Assembly: GCF_009914755.1 (NCBI RefSeq)
Contig: NC_060925.1
Strand: one strand, 5' to 3'
Length of the DNA: 64,000 nt
Source: the human T2T-CHM13v2.0 reference genome, Homo sapiens
The notes beneath the pieces are model-generated. The model was given only the letters and a program-made list of their open reading frames with translations. It was not told the DNA's origin and did no database searches. Below, one piece after another: positions 1-13,452 of this stretch. The first letter of the stretch is position 1; each line of letters opens with the position of its first letter. Both the position numbers and the translations under genes were made by a program.

Positions 1-536
1 AATTGCTATATTAAGTCAGGCCTTACACTTTTTCTGAGCTGAAACTCCAATATGACTGTGGTGTGGAAAGACACGGCTGACCCTCTTGGTAATAATGCCA
101 TGTCATCCCTAGTGGGGACTCGGCAGTAAACCATCCAGGGAGACATAGGGAGCTAGGGCTGAGCCTGATCTCACATAGCCATTGTGAGTTATCAGTCTGC
201 CTCCATGGAAAAAAATGTGTTCTGCAAAAATTCAGTCTCCAAAGGGGTCTATGAATTCAAGCCTATTTGGAGTCATGATGATCTTTCCAGTGAAGCAGGT
301 CTACAGGATAGTAGGATTGCAGGCATTTAGCAATACCCCAGGTCTGGGTTAGCAGGAGCCCTCCAGGCACTGTCCAGGGTCATGGGGAAAGGAACTGGGG
401 TGATAAGGCAAGCCGACAGATCCTGCACTAAGGAGACACTTTGCCAAATGTTGCACATTCCTTACTGTTTCCCTCATTCTGCTTGTGTTTGGCATTTGGT
501 GCATTATATTCATTCTGAATTACTTGCCCTCTAGAG

Positions 537-758
537 CAGGTTTTCTCAGCCTCAGCACTATTGTCATTTTGGGCTGGTTAGTTCTTAGCTGGGGAGCTCT
601 CCTCTGCATTGTAAGATTCAGCATACTTGGCCTCTACCCACTAGATGCCAGAAGCACCTCCCTCCAGTGATAACCAAAAAATGTCTCCAGGCACTGCCAG
701 ATGTTTCCTGGGGTGCAGAGGGAGGAGGAGGAAATTACTCCCAGGTTGAGAACCACTG
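537..758 (-). mobile_element. MER20 (hAT-Charlie non-autonomous DNA transposon), full length
   Basis: Reverse complement follows the MER20 consensus (CAGTGGTTCTCAACC...GGCATCTAGTGGGTAGAGGCC...GAGAAAACCTG). 8-bp TSD ctctagag (529-536) / ctttagag (759-766) fits the Charlie NTCTAGAN target. Confidence 0.9.
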
Positions 759-1440
759 CTTTAGAGAAAAGAACTTCAGGGTTATTGGAAGGACTGACCA
801 GAGCTAGGCCCTAGGCAAAAAGCCCAGGGTAGAGAGCTGAACTCCAGTCATGCTCGGGAAATGGAACGGCAGGGAGGAACCTGGGGTTCTTGCAGCTTTG
901 TCACATATATAGAATGGATTCAGTAAGGGGATCTGCTGCCTGTGGCACAGCTGGTACCGAGGGCATAGTCACTCTCAGCCTACTGTATACTGAGCTCACA
1001 GCAAAGGGATTAATTCCAGACTTTACTTGCTGGCAGCACAGAGAATCCTTGAACTTGCTTGGTCTTGGTCAGAACAGCTCAAGACCCGAAGAGCACAGGT
1101 AGATCTCCACGACTTGCAGCAGAACAGGCATAGGAAAGTCAGAGGAAAAATGATGCTGCTGTTGTTGCTGCTGGCAAACGGATCTATCAGACTCACTGTG
1201 TTCCAGGCAGTAGTCTAATACCTTTATCTTCTTCCCATGAGATGTACCTCTGGCTCGTTTCCTGATTTTCTTTGGATCTCTGATTTAGTGTCGCTTCTCA
1301 GAGATGCTTTGCCTGGTCATCTTATATAACCCAGCAAATGCATCCCCGTCACTCCCCCACTATTCCTTTTACTCTGTTATTTACTTTTTAGTTACCTACG
1401 TCCTCACTCAGAAAAATTAGCTCTTTAAAAATAGAATCAT

Positions 1441-2988
<1,548 letters not shown>

Positions 2989-3267
2989 CTGCTATATCCC
3001 CAATGCCTAGAATAGTACCTAGAACATAGTAGTTGCTTAATAAATATTTACTGATAAATGAATGAATTTATACCATTTCATCCTCACAACAATGGAGGTC
3101 ACTTCAATTTAACAGATGAAGACATTGAGTCACCTAGACGCTAATTTACTCTGTAATAATAATTTACTCAGTAATGAGAAGTTGACATTGAGTTGTGCGA
3201 TAGATCCGTGTGAAATCTGAGGTTAGAATCTGATTCTTCTGTTGAGGGCGCAGAAGCCATTCTCAAA

Positions 3268-3503
3268 AAGTAGTTTAGGGCATGGGCTTTGGAGTCAAAC
3301 AGGCCTGGGTTCAAATGTTGGCTCTGACACTTCGTAAGCTGTGAGACTTAGGTAAAGTCTTTCACCTTTCAGACTCTCAGTTTCCTCATTTGTCAAGTAG
3401 AAATAACATCTATCTCAGGAATCGTTTTGACTTTAACAAAATACATGCTTCCCACCATACCTGGCACTTGGTAGGCTCTCAATGAGTGGTAGCTAGTATT
3501 ACT
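3268..3503 (+). mobile_element. MIR SINE
   Basis: ggctttggagtcaaacaggcctgggttcaaat head, ctcagtttcctcatttgt core, and cctggcacttggtaggctctcaat tail. Confidence 0.8.
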
Positions 3504-3527
3504 CTTTTTGGAGGTTAATGATGTATT

Positions 3528-3770
3528 ATATGGACTCTAGAGTCAGACTGCCTGCCTTCAAAACCCTGCTCTTCCATTTCCTAGCTGGGTGAGGCTTGGA
3601 ACAGGTACTTTACTTCTCCATACCTCAATTTCCTCATCTGTAAAAATGAGGATAAAAATAGTACTATCTTACAGGGATGTTTTGAAGATTAAAGGAACTG
3701 ATGTTTATAAAACACTTAGAAGCAATATCTAACACACAAATACTCTGTACATGCTTGTTAAGTAAATAAT
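3528..3770 (+). mobile_element. MIR SINE
   Basis: ggactctagagtcagactgcct head and cctcaatttcctcatctgtaaaaatgagg core. Confidence 0.8.
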
Positions 3771-6639
3771 TAATAGTTTATGAGACAACTTTACTGACTA
3801 GCTTTTTTATGTTTATTCCCTCAAACTCAGATCTTCGTGTTTAGGGCCCAGATCTCACTGAGTGTGCTGAAGTGAGGAATGGTCCAGATCTTATATGTTC
3901 ATTTGTATCCGCTACACTCTTACCAGCAGTGGGAACCATGTTGGACGTGGAGTGCAATGATCTGGCTCTCTCATACTTGTGTTGCGACTTCATATTAATT
4001 GTTTCTCTCTAGTCCTCACTTTCTCAACGTGTTTGGGGGTGGGAAAGACATTGAACTAGATTATTTCCTAGGTCCTTTCCAAGTCTGATTTTCTACACAT
4101 CTGATTCATTTCTAAAAGTACCCCCTGCCTTCCCCGCTGCAGCTCCAGTGGTTCAGCAGATGACCTCAACTTTCTCAGCTTCAATTTTGTGGTGGGCAAA
4201 GAGTGCTTCAGGTCCTAGGAGCATCGCAGTCCTGATCTGACCCCATAAAGAGGAGTAAAACAAACAGATGAGCTCATGTCTCTGCTGGGGATGCAGCTGA
4301 TGGGATTCCTTCTGGGATTATTGGCCTCCCCTTTCTGGCCACCTTCACTGTGAAAGGTTATTTATAGCATTGTCCTTGGCTTAGAAAATTTGTTTCCCAT
4401 TTTCTTGCCAATCTCTCCTCCAGTCCACCTTTTGCTGATTCCATTTTTTTGGTGATGGTAATCCTTCCTAAGCACTGTCCCATTGGGACCCCAAGGCCCC
4501 CCAAATCCCATGGATCCCTTCCCTGATTCTGACAGAGGAGATGCTGAGGGGTGGATACCCCGAGAGTGAGACTGGGATGAAGACTTTATCTGCTCCTTGC
4601 AGCTGCAGCTTTTGTGAGTTGCATTCTCTGGCTCGTCAATACCGTTTCCCATTAAATTAAATAGCTTATTGACTCATGTGCCACCCGGCAATGGGGTTGA
4701 TGGGATTCACCGAGACTCCTCACTCCTCCCCTCTCCCCCAACAATCACAGGTCACTGCTCAGTAAATCAGCTGGTAATGGAGTTTGAACTCTTAGAATCA
4801 GCTCTGTGTATCCTTTTTATTTGTTTTTAATTTGTATCAATGGTAATTCTGTCTGTTTCAATTTATGTGATAGTACAGGCTGCAGAACTGAGGAAGTGCC
4901 CCTTTTTACCCCATTAACCACAGAGGGGGTAAAAATCCGTGTCAGGCTTTTTATGACAAACCTGCTCCAGTGGGCAAGGGATGATTCCCTTTCATGGAAG
5001 TTCCCTCTTTGTCTGGGACTCTCCAAAGTGCCTCCCATCTCCACCAAGTACAGGGCTAAGCACTGAGTTTGTTTTCCCTGGGCCATGGTCCTTTGTACCT
5101 CTTTGTTCAGACAAACTATCGAAGAACACAGGATGGCAGCATCTGGAGAGAGAAGATGGCACCCCACAATCTCCAGGATTCTGTGGCTGGTAAAGTACTT
5201 TCTGCCATGCAGGTTCCTACATATTTTGCTATCGGTCCTGCTAGAAGTTAAGTCGATGGCATCTCATCTCTACTCTGGCTCTCCCAAGTTATTTGCCAGC
5301 AGGCGAATGCCATTTGCAGCTTATTAGTGTCAAGACACAATTGTAAAGTAGATATAGTTTGCTACAGTGCCCTTTAACTTCCTTTGGTTGTCCTCTTTTC
5401 TCCCCTCTGGCCTTGTAGGAAATATGGAGATACAGAAGGAAAATTAAAATGCACATAAGAATGGTTGAAATGAGATGGAGGAAGTAAATCCACAGGAATT
5501 CCCAAGACAAGGGTGGCAAAGGTTGGGAATGGTTTGGGGAATACAACAGGCAGAGTGACCTGACAGAGCTGCTCCCAGGAGGGAAGCAGACTAGCCCCCG
5601 TGTCACTGGGGGGACATATTGACTCTAAAGGTTTCTGAAGAGGGTAGGGCAAAGAGCAGGCAGGGCCCAGCAGTGCGGGAAAGACTGGAGGTAGAGGAAG
5701 TAGCAGAGGAGCTACTTTGAACTGTGACCCCAGCCCGCCCCCAGCATGGTCCCACAGATCTTCATTGAAAGCAAGGAAAAAAAAAATGAAGGTGACATTG
5801 AGCTCCAAGCAAAATATAATGTTCAAAATAACATCCCAGAACACAGAGAGAGCCATGAGGAATTCAGCCTCTGACCTGGAGGATTCAGGGTGAAATTATC
5901 TAAAGCTCTGAAGAGGACTGAAGCCCCAGCTGGTGTTGGAATGACTTTGCCACTTACAGGGAGCAAGTTTCTGCTCCCACAGGAGCCCCTGTGTCCTCTG
6001 TGTTCTGTGGTTCCCTCTCAGGGTGACCCACTCTAAGCTACCTCTCTATCCTCAGGTGTCTCTTTCCCTCTTAGCCGTGAGATTCTCACTCTCTGTCTTA
6101 TCTCCTGGCTCCGGGAAGCTGATTCTAAAAGTCCACACTATCCCAACTGAGGACAAACTTTCCATTGTTTAATTTAAAAATTCAAAATCTCCCCTGAGCC
6201 AAACCTCCCAGACTGCTGGTACTTCCCACTGTCTTCTGGTGTGAGATTTCTTCTGAAATTCATTGGCTAGTGTGCGTTGTAAGTGAAATGCCACTGATCA
6301 TAGAACTTAATTATTTGGTTAGATCTAGTTATTTTTACACCCAACAGATTAGTTCCTCCTATCTCTAACCAATTTATGAACACGAACTCAGAGGGCCAGA
6401 CTTCCACAAGTACCCATTTCATGGATCTAATAGGAATCAATCTGCTGAGTTGATGGTGGGATTTACAGATTAAGTTCCAGGTAGAAAGAGAGACAATTTG
6501 GGACAGACAACCCTTCCCATGGAGGGACATCTTAATGTAATGGAAAGTCATATAGAGAGAGGGCTAACTGAATGATAAGCATTTCACATGCATTATTTTG
6601 TTTACTCCTCCTATCAATCCTAAAAGGCTGACTTGATAA

Positions 6640-6785
6640 AAATCTTCCTTTCTTTATCTCCAAGATGGGAGTAAAAATACTATTTACCTTAACAGGTACT
6701 TTTAAGGATCAAATAAAATAGTATATGTGGTAAGAGTTTGTAAATCACATGCATTTTACAAATGTTAGTTGACGCTCTTATTATC
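6640..6785 (+). mobile_element. MIR 3' half
   Basis: ctttatctccaagatgggagtaaaaatactatttacc...aaggatcaaataaaata...ttgtaaa...acaaatgttag. Confidence 0.55.
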
Positions 6786-7989
6786 CCTCAAATCAAACCA
6801 TACAAGCAACTGGTAATTTCAGGTGCAGTCTTAGGCCTCAATATGGTTCGCTGCCTCCATCAGACTTAAACTACTTAGCTCTGTAGCCAAAATTGTGAAT
6901 TTGATTACATCTCATTGCTTTGCTCACAGGCACCAACATTTCTTTCCTGTATTAAAGAACAGTGTAATAAGGTGAGAATTTCTCTCTTTGTCCAGGGACT
7001 GGGATCTAGCTTAGCCCCTGAAGAGAACAGTTTCACAAGTCCCTGGGTGAGCTGGCTGCATGACCCTCAGGTAGAACTGAGCCTTCCCTCTAGCTGAGGA
7101 GGTTGGCCCCCTTGGAAGTGGCACAGACTTGCCTATTTGATGCTGTAGCGTCTGACTCCTGGAAGCCTCTAGCTGCTTAATGGATTCATTTAAGTGATAA
7201 TACGAGCCGATCATATGTCAGGTTGTTAAAATGGTGATAACATATTGCACTAGGAGAACATTATCTACAGTAACTGCATTATAATGGTTAGGGAATGTCG
7301 ACAGAACTACATATGATATTCCCATAAACACCAAATGAATGCAGAGCAACTAGGCTATTCATTCCAAGTGTGGCCAAGGCAAGAGGTAACACTTCATCTT
7401 CCAGGCCCTCGTTTTCCAAACATTGCAAAAAGGAGACATATGCAGACAAGTGTTCACACATCAAAGGCAAACAAATGCACATGCTTCTCTGATTTATAAC
7501 CAATCCGGAAACCCACTTACCCAGCTTCAAGGGAGGGTGTGAGCTCACAAAATGTTCTTTCCCAAGGAAGAGAATGAATGAGAGGGACAGAGGGAATGTA
7601 AGATACTACATGAGCAGCAGGAACCGTGAGCTCTCTGTCCCCTGTTTCTGCTTTACTCTACTAGAGAATTTAAAAGGGGTGGTTGGGTTGCACAGTAAAG
7701 CGTCTGCCCTACTTCCCACTCCCTGCACCCTCTAGGACCACCCATTGAGAAAGAATAGTTAAGTAGATAAAAGTTTCTCTTTGCCACCTTCAGCCCCAAG
7801 TTTCAGTACTGTTCTCCTGTCTCTTAGTATCTCCCCAATACTCTTCTCTAATACCTCCTCCTCTGATGTTCCGTCTTAAAGTGTTATTCCTCTCATGGTA
7901 TTTATACTGTAAAGAAGAGTACTACCAGAGCAGAGAGATTCGGCTTATTAGAACATATAGATGTGACTTTGGGCTTCCAACTTCAAATT

Positions 7990-8185
7990 GGCAATACTAA
8001 TAGTTACCTTTCATTCAGTGTTTCCTATGAGCTAAGCAATGTGTTTTACATTATCTGTAAACTTCAGAAACATCCGCAAGGCAGGGTTTACAATTACCAT
8101 TTTAAAGATGAGGTAACTGAGGCTCAGACAGTTAAACAAGTAGCCAGAAGGGAAGAAGCTAGCATTGATATACAACTCTGCAAAA
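7990..8185 (-). mobile_element. MIR SINE
   Basis: Antisense core ccattttaaagatgaggtaactgaggctcagacagttaa. Confidence 0.7.
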
Positions 8186-8354
8186 CCCTTGTGTTAGGCA
8201 GGTTTTCCTTTTAAAGAGCCAAACATCTCTGAGGCCATTCCTTATTTTTTACTTTCAAAAATATTGTTCTACCTTACAAGGCCACTGCGAAGGTCACTTT
8301 CCCTTTGGAAATTGCAAACAACTTATACAGATGTCAATAAACACCAGTACAAAG

Positions 8355-8860
8355 TAAAAAAAAGAGCCCTGAGTCTGGAGTTACAAGACTTGGATTCGAG
8401 TTCCTCATTGAATAATATCCACTGGGAAAATGGCTTTATATCTTTGTGCCCTGTGATATGGTTTGACTGTGTCCCCACCCAAATCTCATCTAGAACTGTA
8501 GTTCCCATAACCCCCACGTGTCATGGGAAGGACCTGGTGAAAGATAATTGAATCATGGGGGCAGTTACCTCCATGCTGTTCTCATGATAGTGAGTTCTCA
8601 TGGGATCTGATGGTTTTGTAAGGGACTTTTCCCCCTTTTGCTTGGCACTTCTCCTTGCTGCTGCCATGTGAAGAAGGACATGTTTGCTTCCCCTTCCACC
8701 ATGAGTGTAAGTTTCCTGAGGCTTCCTCAGCCATGCTGAACTGTGAGTCAATTAAACCGCTTTCCTTTATAAATTAGCCAGTCTTGGATATGTCTTTATT
8801 AGCAGTGTGAGGATGAACTAATACATCCTGTCTTCTTCCTGTAAAATGGGGTTGCTGTGA
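8355..8860 (+). mobile_element. MIR split by a THE1B insertion
   Basis: Head agccctgagtctggagttacaagacttggattcgag lies left of the LTR; the core remnant ctgtaaaatgggg resumes right of it. Confidence 0.55.
8454..8825 (+). mobile_element. THE1B solo LTR (ERVL-MaLR)
   Basis: tgatatggtttgactgtgtccccacccaaatctcatct...gaactaataca, closely matching THE1B; TSD ccctg/tcctg. Confidence 0.93.
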
Positions 8861-8879
8861 GCACTGGAATCCTTTACTG

Positions 8880-9050
8880 CCTGCCCACTATGTGTCCTGT
8901 AGTGTGCTGGGTCCAGAGGCCTCTGCTCTGTAGCAACTTATAGTCTAAAGGGGCAAATAGATTGCATAAACAGATAGTGATAATAAACGTCCATCAGTGC
9001 TATAATAGAGGTAAGTATAAAGTGATCTGGGAGCACCAATGAGGCAAAGC
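8880..9050 (-). mobile_element. L2 fragment
   Basis: actatgtgtcctgtagtgtgctggg...ttatagtctaaagggg...agtgctataatagaggtaag resembles an antisense L2 3' region. Confidence 0.5.
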
Positions 9051-9699
9051 GACTGGTCCTCAGCAACCTCGTTACAAGGAAACAGATGGATAGTGTTCTA
9101 TCAAAACTAATAGAATGGAAGATATTGCAAAGGCAATATGTGCTGAGGTGCTTGGTAAACTAAAGCACCAAACACATGGAGAGTTTATGATTTGCTCAAA
9201 GGAAGGAATTGCTATCTAGAAGAACAGCTATCTTGCCAGCAGGGGAATATTTTTAGGGGAAATACTTCCCTAAAAACATAACACCTCTGGGAGGCTGCCT
9301 AGTCCCCTGGTCTACTTCAAACCCTGTTTCTTGGTTTAAACCTAAGTCCTTCCCCACCTCTCTCTATTATCAAGGGCAGGGAATTGTGACCTAACATGCT
9401 TGTAGGCCCCAGGCTTTCCCATCACCTGGGGCACTGAGCCGTAGGGAATGCCCCAGGGCCAGAAAGAAAGGCCTTTATGCTTTTAGAAAGTGATGCCACA
9501 GGGAGCTCTGAAACCCTGATCCCCCTGCCCTGGGGGAGCCTGAGGCCAGGGGAGATTTCTGGCAGCCTCTCTAACACTGCAATTCTCCCTGCTTACCTGG
9601 CTGTGATTTGGGGTCAGTGCTGTTGTTTTTCACTGCTTAATAAGGAACATCCTGGAAAAAGGCTATGCATTCCTCTGTTAAATCAAAACATTTTGTCAT

Positions 9700-9999
9700 A
9701 GAAGACAACATGTGGTGTGATTCTATTTATATGAATTGTCCAGAATAGGCAGATCCATAAAGAAAGTAGATTAATGGTTGCCTTGGTCTGGTTGGGGAGT
9801 GGCTCTGGTGGAAGACAGGATGGGGGAGTGCACTGCTAATGGGTACAGGGTTTTTTTGGGGGTGATGAAAGTGTTCTAAAACTGATTGGGGTTATAGCTG
9901 CAAATTCTGTAACTATACCAAAAACCATTGAATTATGCAATTTAAATTGGTGATTGTATTTTGTGTGAATTATATCTCAATAAAGCTGTTAAAACAAAA
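9700..9999 (+). mobile_element. L1MB7/8-like 3' end fragment
   Basis: atgaattgtccagaataggcagatccata...tgctaatgggtacagggttt...tgtgaattatatctcaataaagctgttaaaa. Confidence 0.85.
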
Positions 10000-10254
10000 C
10001 ACTCAGAAATATTAAGGTTTTGGCCAGGAAGTCACAATAAAGAGTCTCTTGGTGGTGAGAGAAAACAGTACAAGAAGCTGGTCTCTGATGTTCCAGGTTT
10101 CAGTGTTCATGTGGGGTTCTGCCTCTCTCAGTTCCACTTGCTTCACAATGACAGGTCCCCAGGGAAAGCTGGTGCTCTCTCCTCAGGACAGAGTCTGGCC
10201 AGCTCTTCTCTCCTCTGCCTGCTGCCTAATTTGCCTCAGCCAAGGCAGACGATC

Positions 10255-10568
10255 TTTCTTTCTTTCTTTCTTTTTTTTTTTTTTGGAGATGTAGTTTCGC
10301 TCTTGTTTCCCAGGCCAGAATGCAATGGTGCGATCTTGACTCACTGCAACCTCCACCTCCTGGGTTCAAGTGATTCTCCTGCCTCAGCCTCCTGAGTAGC
10401 TGGGATTATAGGCATGCACAATCACGCTCAGCTAATTTTTGTATTATTAGTAGAGATGGGGTTTCACCATGCTGGCCAGGCTGGTCTCAAACTCCTGACC
10501 TCAGGTGATCCACCGGCCTCGGCCTCCCAACGTGCTGGAATTACAGGCATGAGCCACCGCACTCGGCC
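10255..10568 (-). mobile_element. AluSq-like
   Basis: Antisense Alu with gtttcgctcttgtt and gcaatgg diagnostics; TSD gatctttcttt at 10251-10261 and 10572-10582. Confidence 0.95.
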
Positions 10569-10619
10569 AAAGATCTTTCTTTATAAGGCAATTAAATGTA
10601 AGTGGAAAAGATTAGTATA

Positions 10620-10818
10620 GTGGACGGGGGAAAGGGGGTGTTATTTTTTTAATGGGCATAGAGTTTTGGTTTGGGAAGATGAAAAAATTTATGGAAATGG
10701 ATGTTGGTGAGGGTTGTACAATAATGTGAATGCGCTTAATGTCACTGAAGAGTACAATTGAAAATGATTAAGAGGGCAAAGTGTATGTTATGTGTGTTTT
10801 ACCACAACCTTAAAAAAT
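10620..10818 (+). mobile_element. L1MB3/4-like 3' end fragment
   Basis: taatgggcatagagttttggtttgggaagatgaaaaa...aatgtgaatgcgcttaatgtcactgaa...ttttaccacaa. Confidence 0.8.
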
Positions 10819-11289
10819 ATTGTTATCACATAATTAGGGTGGTCTCTAAAACATTATTGGAAAAAAGTAGGAGTCATGAAAAGAGAACTTCCTTGCAGGG
10901 ATGGTATGGAAAGTATGCAAACTGAAAGTAAGCAAACTGATCATAGCTTAGTTAATATGACAATGCTGGCCTATTAGGAAATCTTGAAATTATACCCCTG
11001 TGAATGAAAAGGGTGCTTCTTCCCTTCCAACCTCCTTGATCCTGGAGAAGAGCTCCATGTCATGCTGTACTGTCTATTTGCAGTTGACAGAACCATGCTG
11101 CATGCAGGATGCTTTGGAAAGACATGTGTTAATAAATACTAATCACAGAGAAAAAGGAGTTTGGTATTGTAGGCTGTGTCTTACCCATCTCACCCTTCCC
11201 AGACCTGATACGCTGTTCTTATCTCACCACAATATATTTTTTCTTCTCAAATTAAAATCACTGTCACCATACACCCCAAACTCTTTTAG

Positions 11290-12180
11290 CATTCCTAAGC
11301 TCATCCACCCAGGTTCTCAACCCAGAAACCTCGAGGTCATCTTTGACATCTCCATCTCTTCCCAATAAACCATCAAAAACCTCTTAATTCTAGTCCAAGA
11401 TATCTCTTGAATGTGTCTGTTTACTTCCATCCACACTGCCTCCACCCAAGCCTAGGCACTATTAGCACTAACCTGGACCTCTACAATAGCTTGTAGCAGA
11501 GTGGTCTCCCACTTCCATCCTGGGTCCCTAGTACTTCATTCTTTGAGAAGCAGTAAGAGTGACCCTTTTAGAGATTAAATGAGATTGGGTTACTCCCGGG
11601 CTAAAGCTTCACAGGCTAGCAATCCCAGCTAGAGCAAACTCCTTCCTGTGGCCTGCAGTGCTCTGCAGAACAACCACATGCCTGCCTCTGTCCATCATGT
11701 CATCATATCACCTTCTCCCTTACCACATTTTTCGAGGACTTTTAACCTTTAAAAAAGAAAAAAAAACCTGGCCTTTTTCAGTTCTTAAAAGGTCCCATGC
11801 TTTCCTTGGCTAATTCCTATTTGTCTTTCAGTTCTCAGATCAAATGTCACTTATGCAGAGAGTCCATTAATTAATTCATTTACAACTTATGCATTTATCC
11901 AATAAATAGATACCTAGCATATACACTAGTGGTAGGCACTGGAATTGGTTTTGAGCCCTCTTCCAGTCTAATTAAAGCCTCCTATTATTTCCTTTCATTG
12001 CACTCTGTTCTCTTTATTCACAGTATTGAACACAATTTGTCAGGATAATTTTAATTTTTTTAAAAAAGCCTTTCTTCCTACATAATGCTAAGGTCTTTGA
12101 GGGCAGGTGCTATTTAGTTCGCCACTGTATTGTCCTTATAATAACAGTTATTCAATAAATATTTGCTGAATGAATGAATA
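11290..12180 (+). mobile_element. L2 (L2a-like) 3' portion
   Basis: ccagaaacctcgaggtcatctttgac...cctggacctctacaatagc...; ends tcaataaatatttgctgaatgaatgaa. Confidence 0.75.
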
Positions 12181-13334
12181 TATCTTTAAATAGAGGTTCT
12201 TTTTGCCAGCAGCATATGGCATATGGAAAGTTTATTGCTTTCTTTCTCTTCCCGACTTCCTCCACATCATAAAATAACAGTACATGATGCTGAGGGTGGC
12301 TAAGTAGGAAATAGGCTTGCCAAATGCTTCCTAATGAGAATCAGCATTGGTTAATAAATGACAATAATAATGAGTAACATTCGTATAGCATTTTACAATT
12401 TGCAAAGCATTTTCCAAATGCATTATTAATAAAGATAATCTAGTTCTTTGTTGCCCTATAAGAATTACATTTAAAAAAAGAAAAAGCTTAAGGACAATAG
12501 GGATTAGGCTGTTACAATATTTAAAGTCTATTAGTAAAAGATCGGTGAGATAGAAAAAGAAGGATAACCCTTTCACTTGGTTGCTCCTTCCAAATCTTGA
12601 GGCCACTTTGCAAATTTGCAAAAACAAGGCACATCTTTTAAGTTCTTTGTATCTGTGCTCTATCAGAGTTTTGGGCTGCTCACCATGCTGGATTAGAACT
12701 TATGGTGCAATGTACACGACATGATGGATTCCACCTTAGTGTTTCATCAGTCTGAGGAATCCTCCCTAGAGCTCAAGGACAAAGAGGAGTCTCAGCAAGT
12801 AGAAGCTGGAGTACAGGACTCCTTGATTATTGGTTATAGAGAGAGGGAGGGTTCCCTGGATTGAATGCCCTGCCCCTACAGAGGCAGCCGTATTTGGGAT
12901 TACTTACGTCGACCTGGGCACTCCGTTCCTCCCTGTTTTCTTCCAGAAGTCCTTCCTTTGTACCTGCACTGTATAAAGAATGGACCTTCCCAAATGCAAA
13001 GATCCATGATATACATTAGAAGCAGATATAGGAAATTGACTAGGGAATCTGCACAAATGATATTGTATAGAATTAAGTAGAAGATACCCCAACATGCACA
13101 TCCCTTTACAGCTTAGCAACTGTTTTACTCTATCACATCCAAATGTCCTTAACTCTGGGCAGTAAAGTTCTGATCAGTTTACCTTTATCATCACAGCATG
13201 GCATTTTCAAGGACTCTGCCTGGCACTTTCAATCTTCTTCTCCTCTTGGTATCGATTCTCTGGTGTCATGATCAGCAAAAGGCCATCCTGAGGGGTGGAA
13301 GCCCTTGGGAGGTAGAGGAGAGTGAAGTGACAGA

Positions 13335-13452
13335 AGAGATAGATCTGTCACCTTGAACGTATTCCAGCTCAGCCAATCACAGAGTTGGCCTGGGTCAGAC
13401 CTGTATAATTTGGGGATGGGAGACCAGTTTGGAATACCAGGCACTGTAGACT
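13335..13452 (+). pseudogene. Highly diverged full-length 5S rRNA pseudogene
   Basis: Colinear with 5S rRNA over ~118 nt: caccttgaacg (5S CACCCTGAACG), gggtcagacctg (GGGTCGGGCCTG), intact box C ggatgggagacc (13414-13425), ggaataccaggcactgtagact (GGAATACCGGGTGCTGTAGGCT). Confidence 0.8.

Noticed and set aside
5374-5856. 160-aa minus-strand ORF with a hydrophobic N-terminus
   Set aside because: The hydrophobic run derives from an A-tract and the Pro/Leu run from a G-rich strand; no homology recognised.
6930-7046. Two adjacent plus-strand exon-like units (6930-6971 and 6996-7046)
   Set aside because: Separated by only 24 nt, too short for an intron; illustrates the background rate of pseudo-exons.
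9961-10620. 144-aa and neighbouring ORFs; also those at 1612-1832, 19486-19737, 44140-44379, 48483-48901, 49948-50187, 52526-52888, 55151-55802
   Set aside because: These are read-throughs of Alu sequence (e.g. [32 protein letters not shown]), a well-known artefact.
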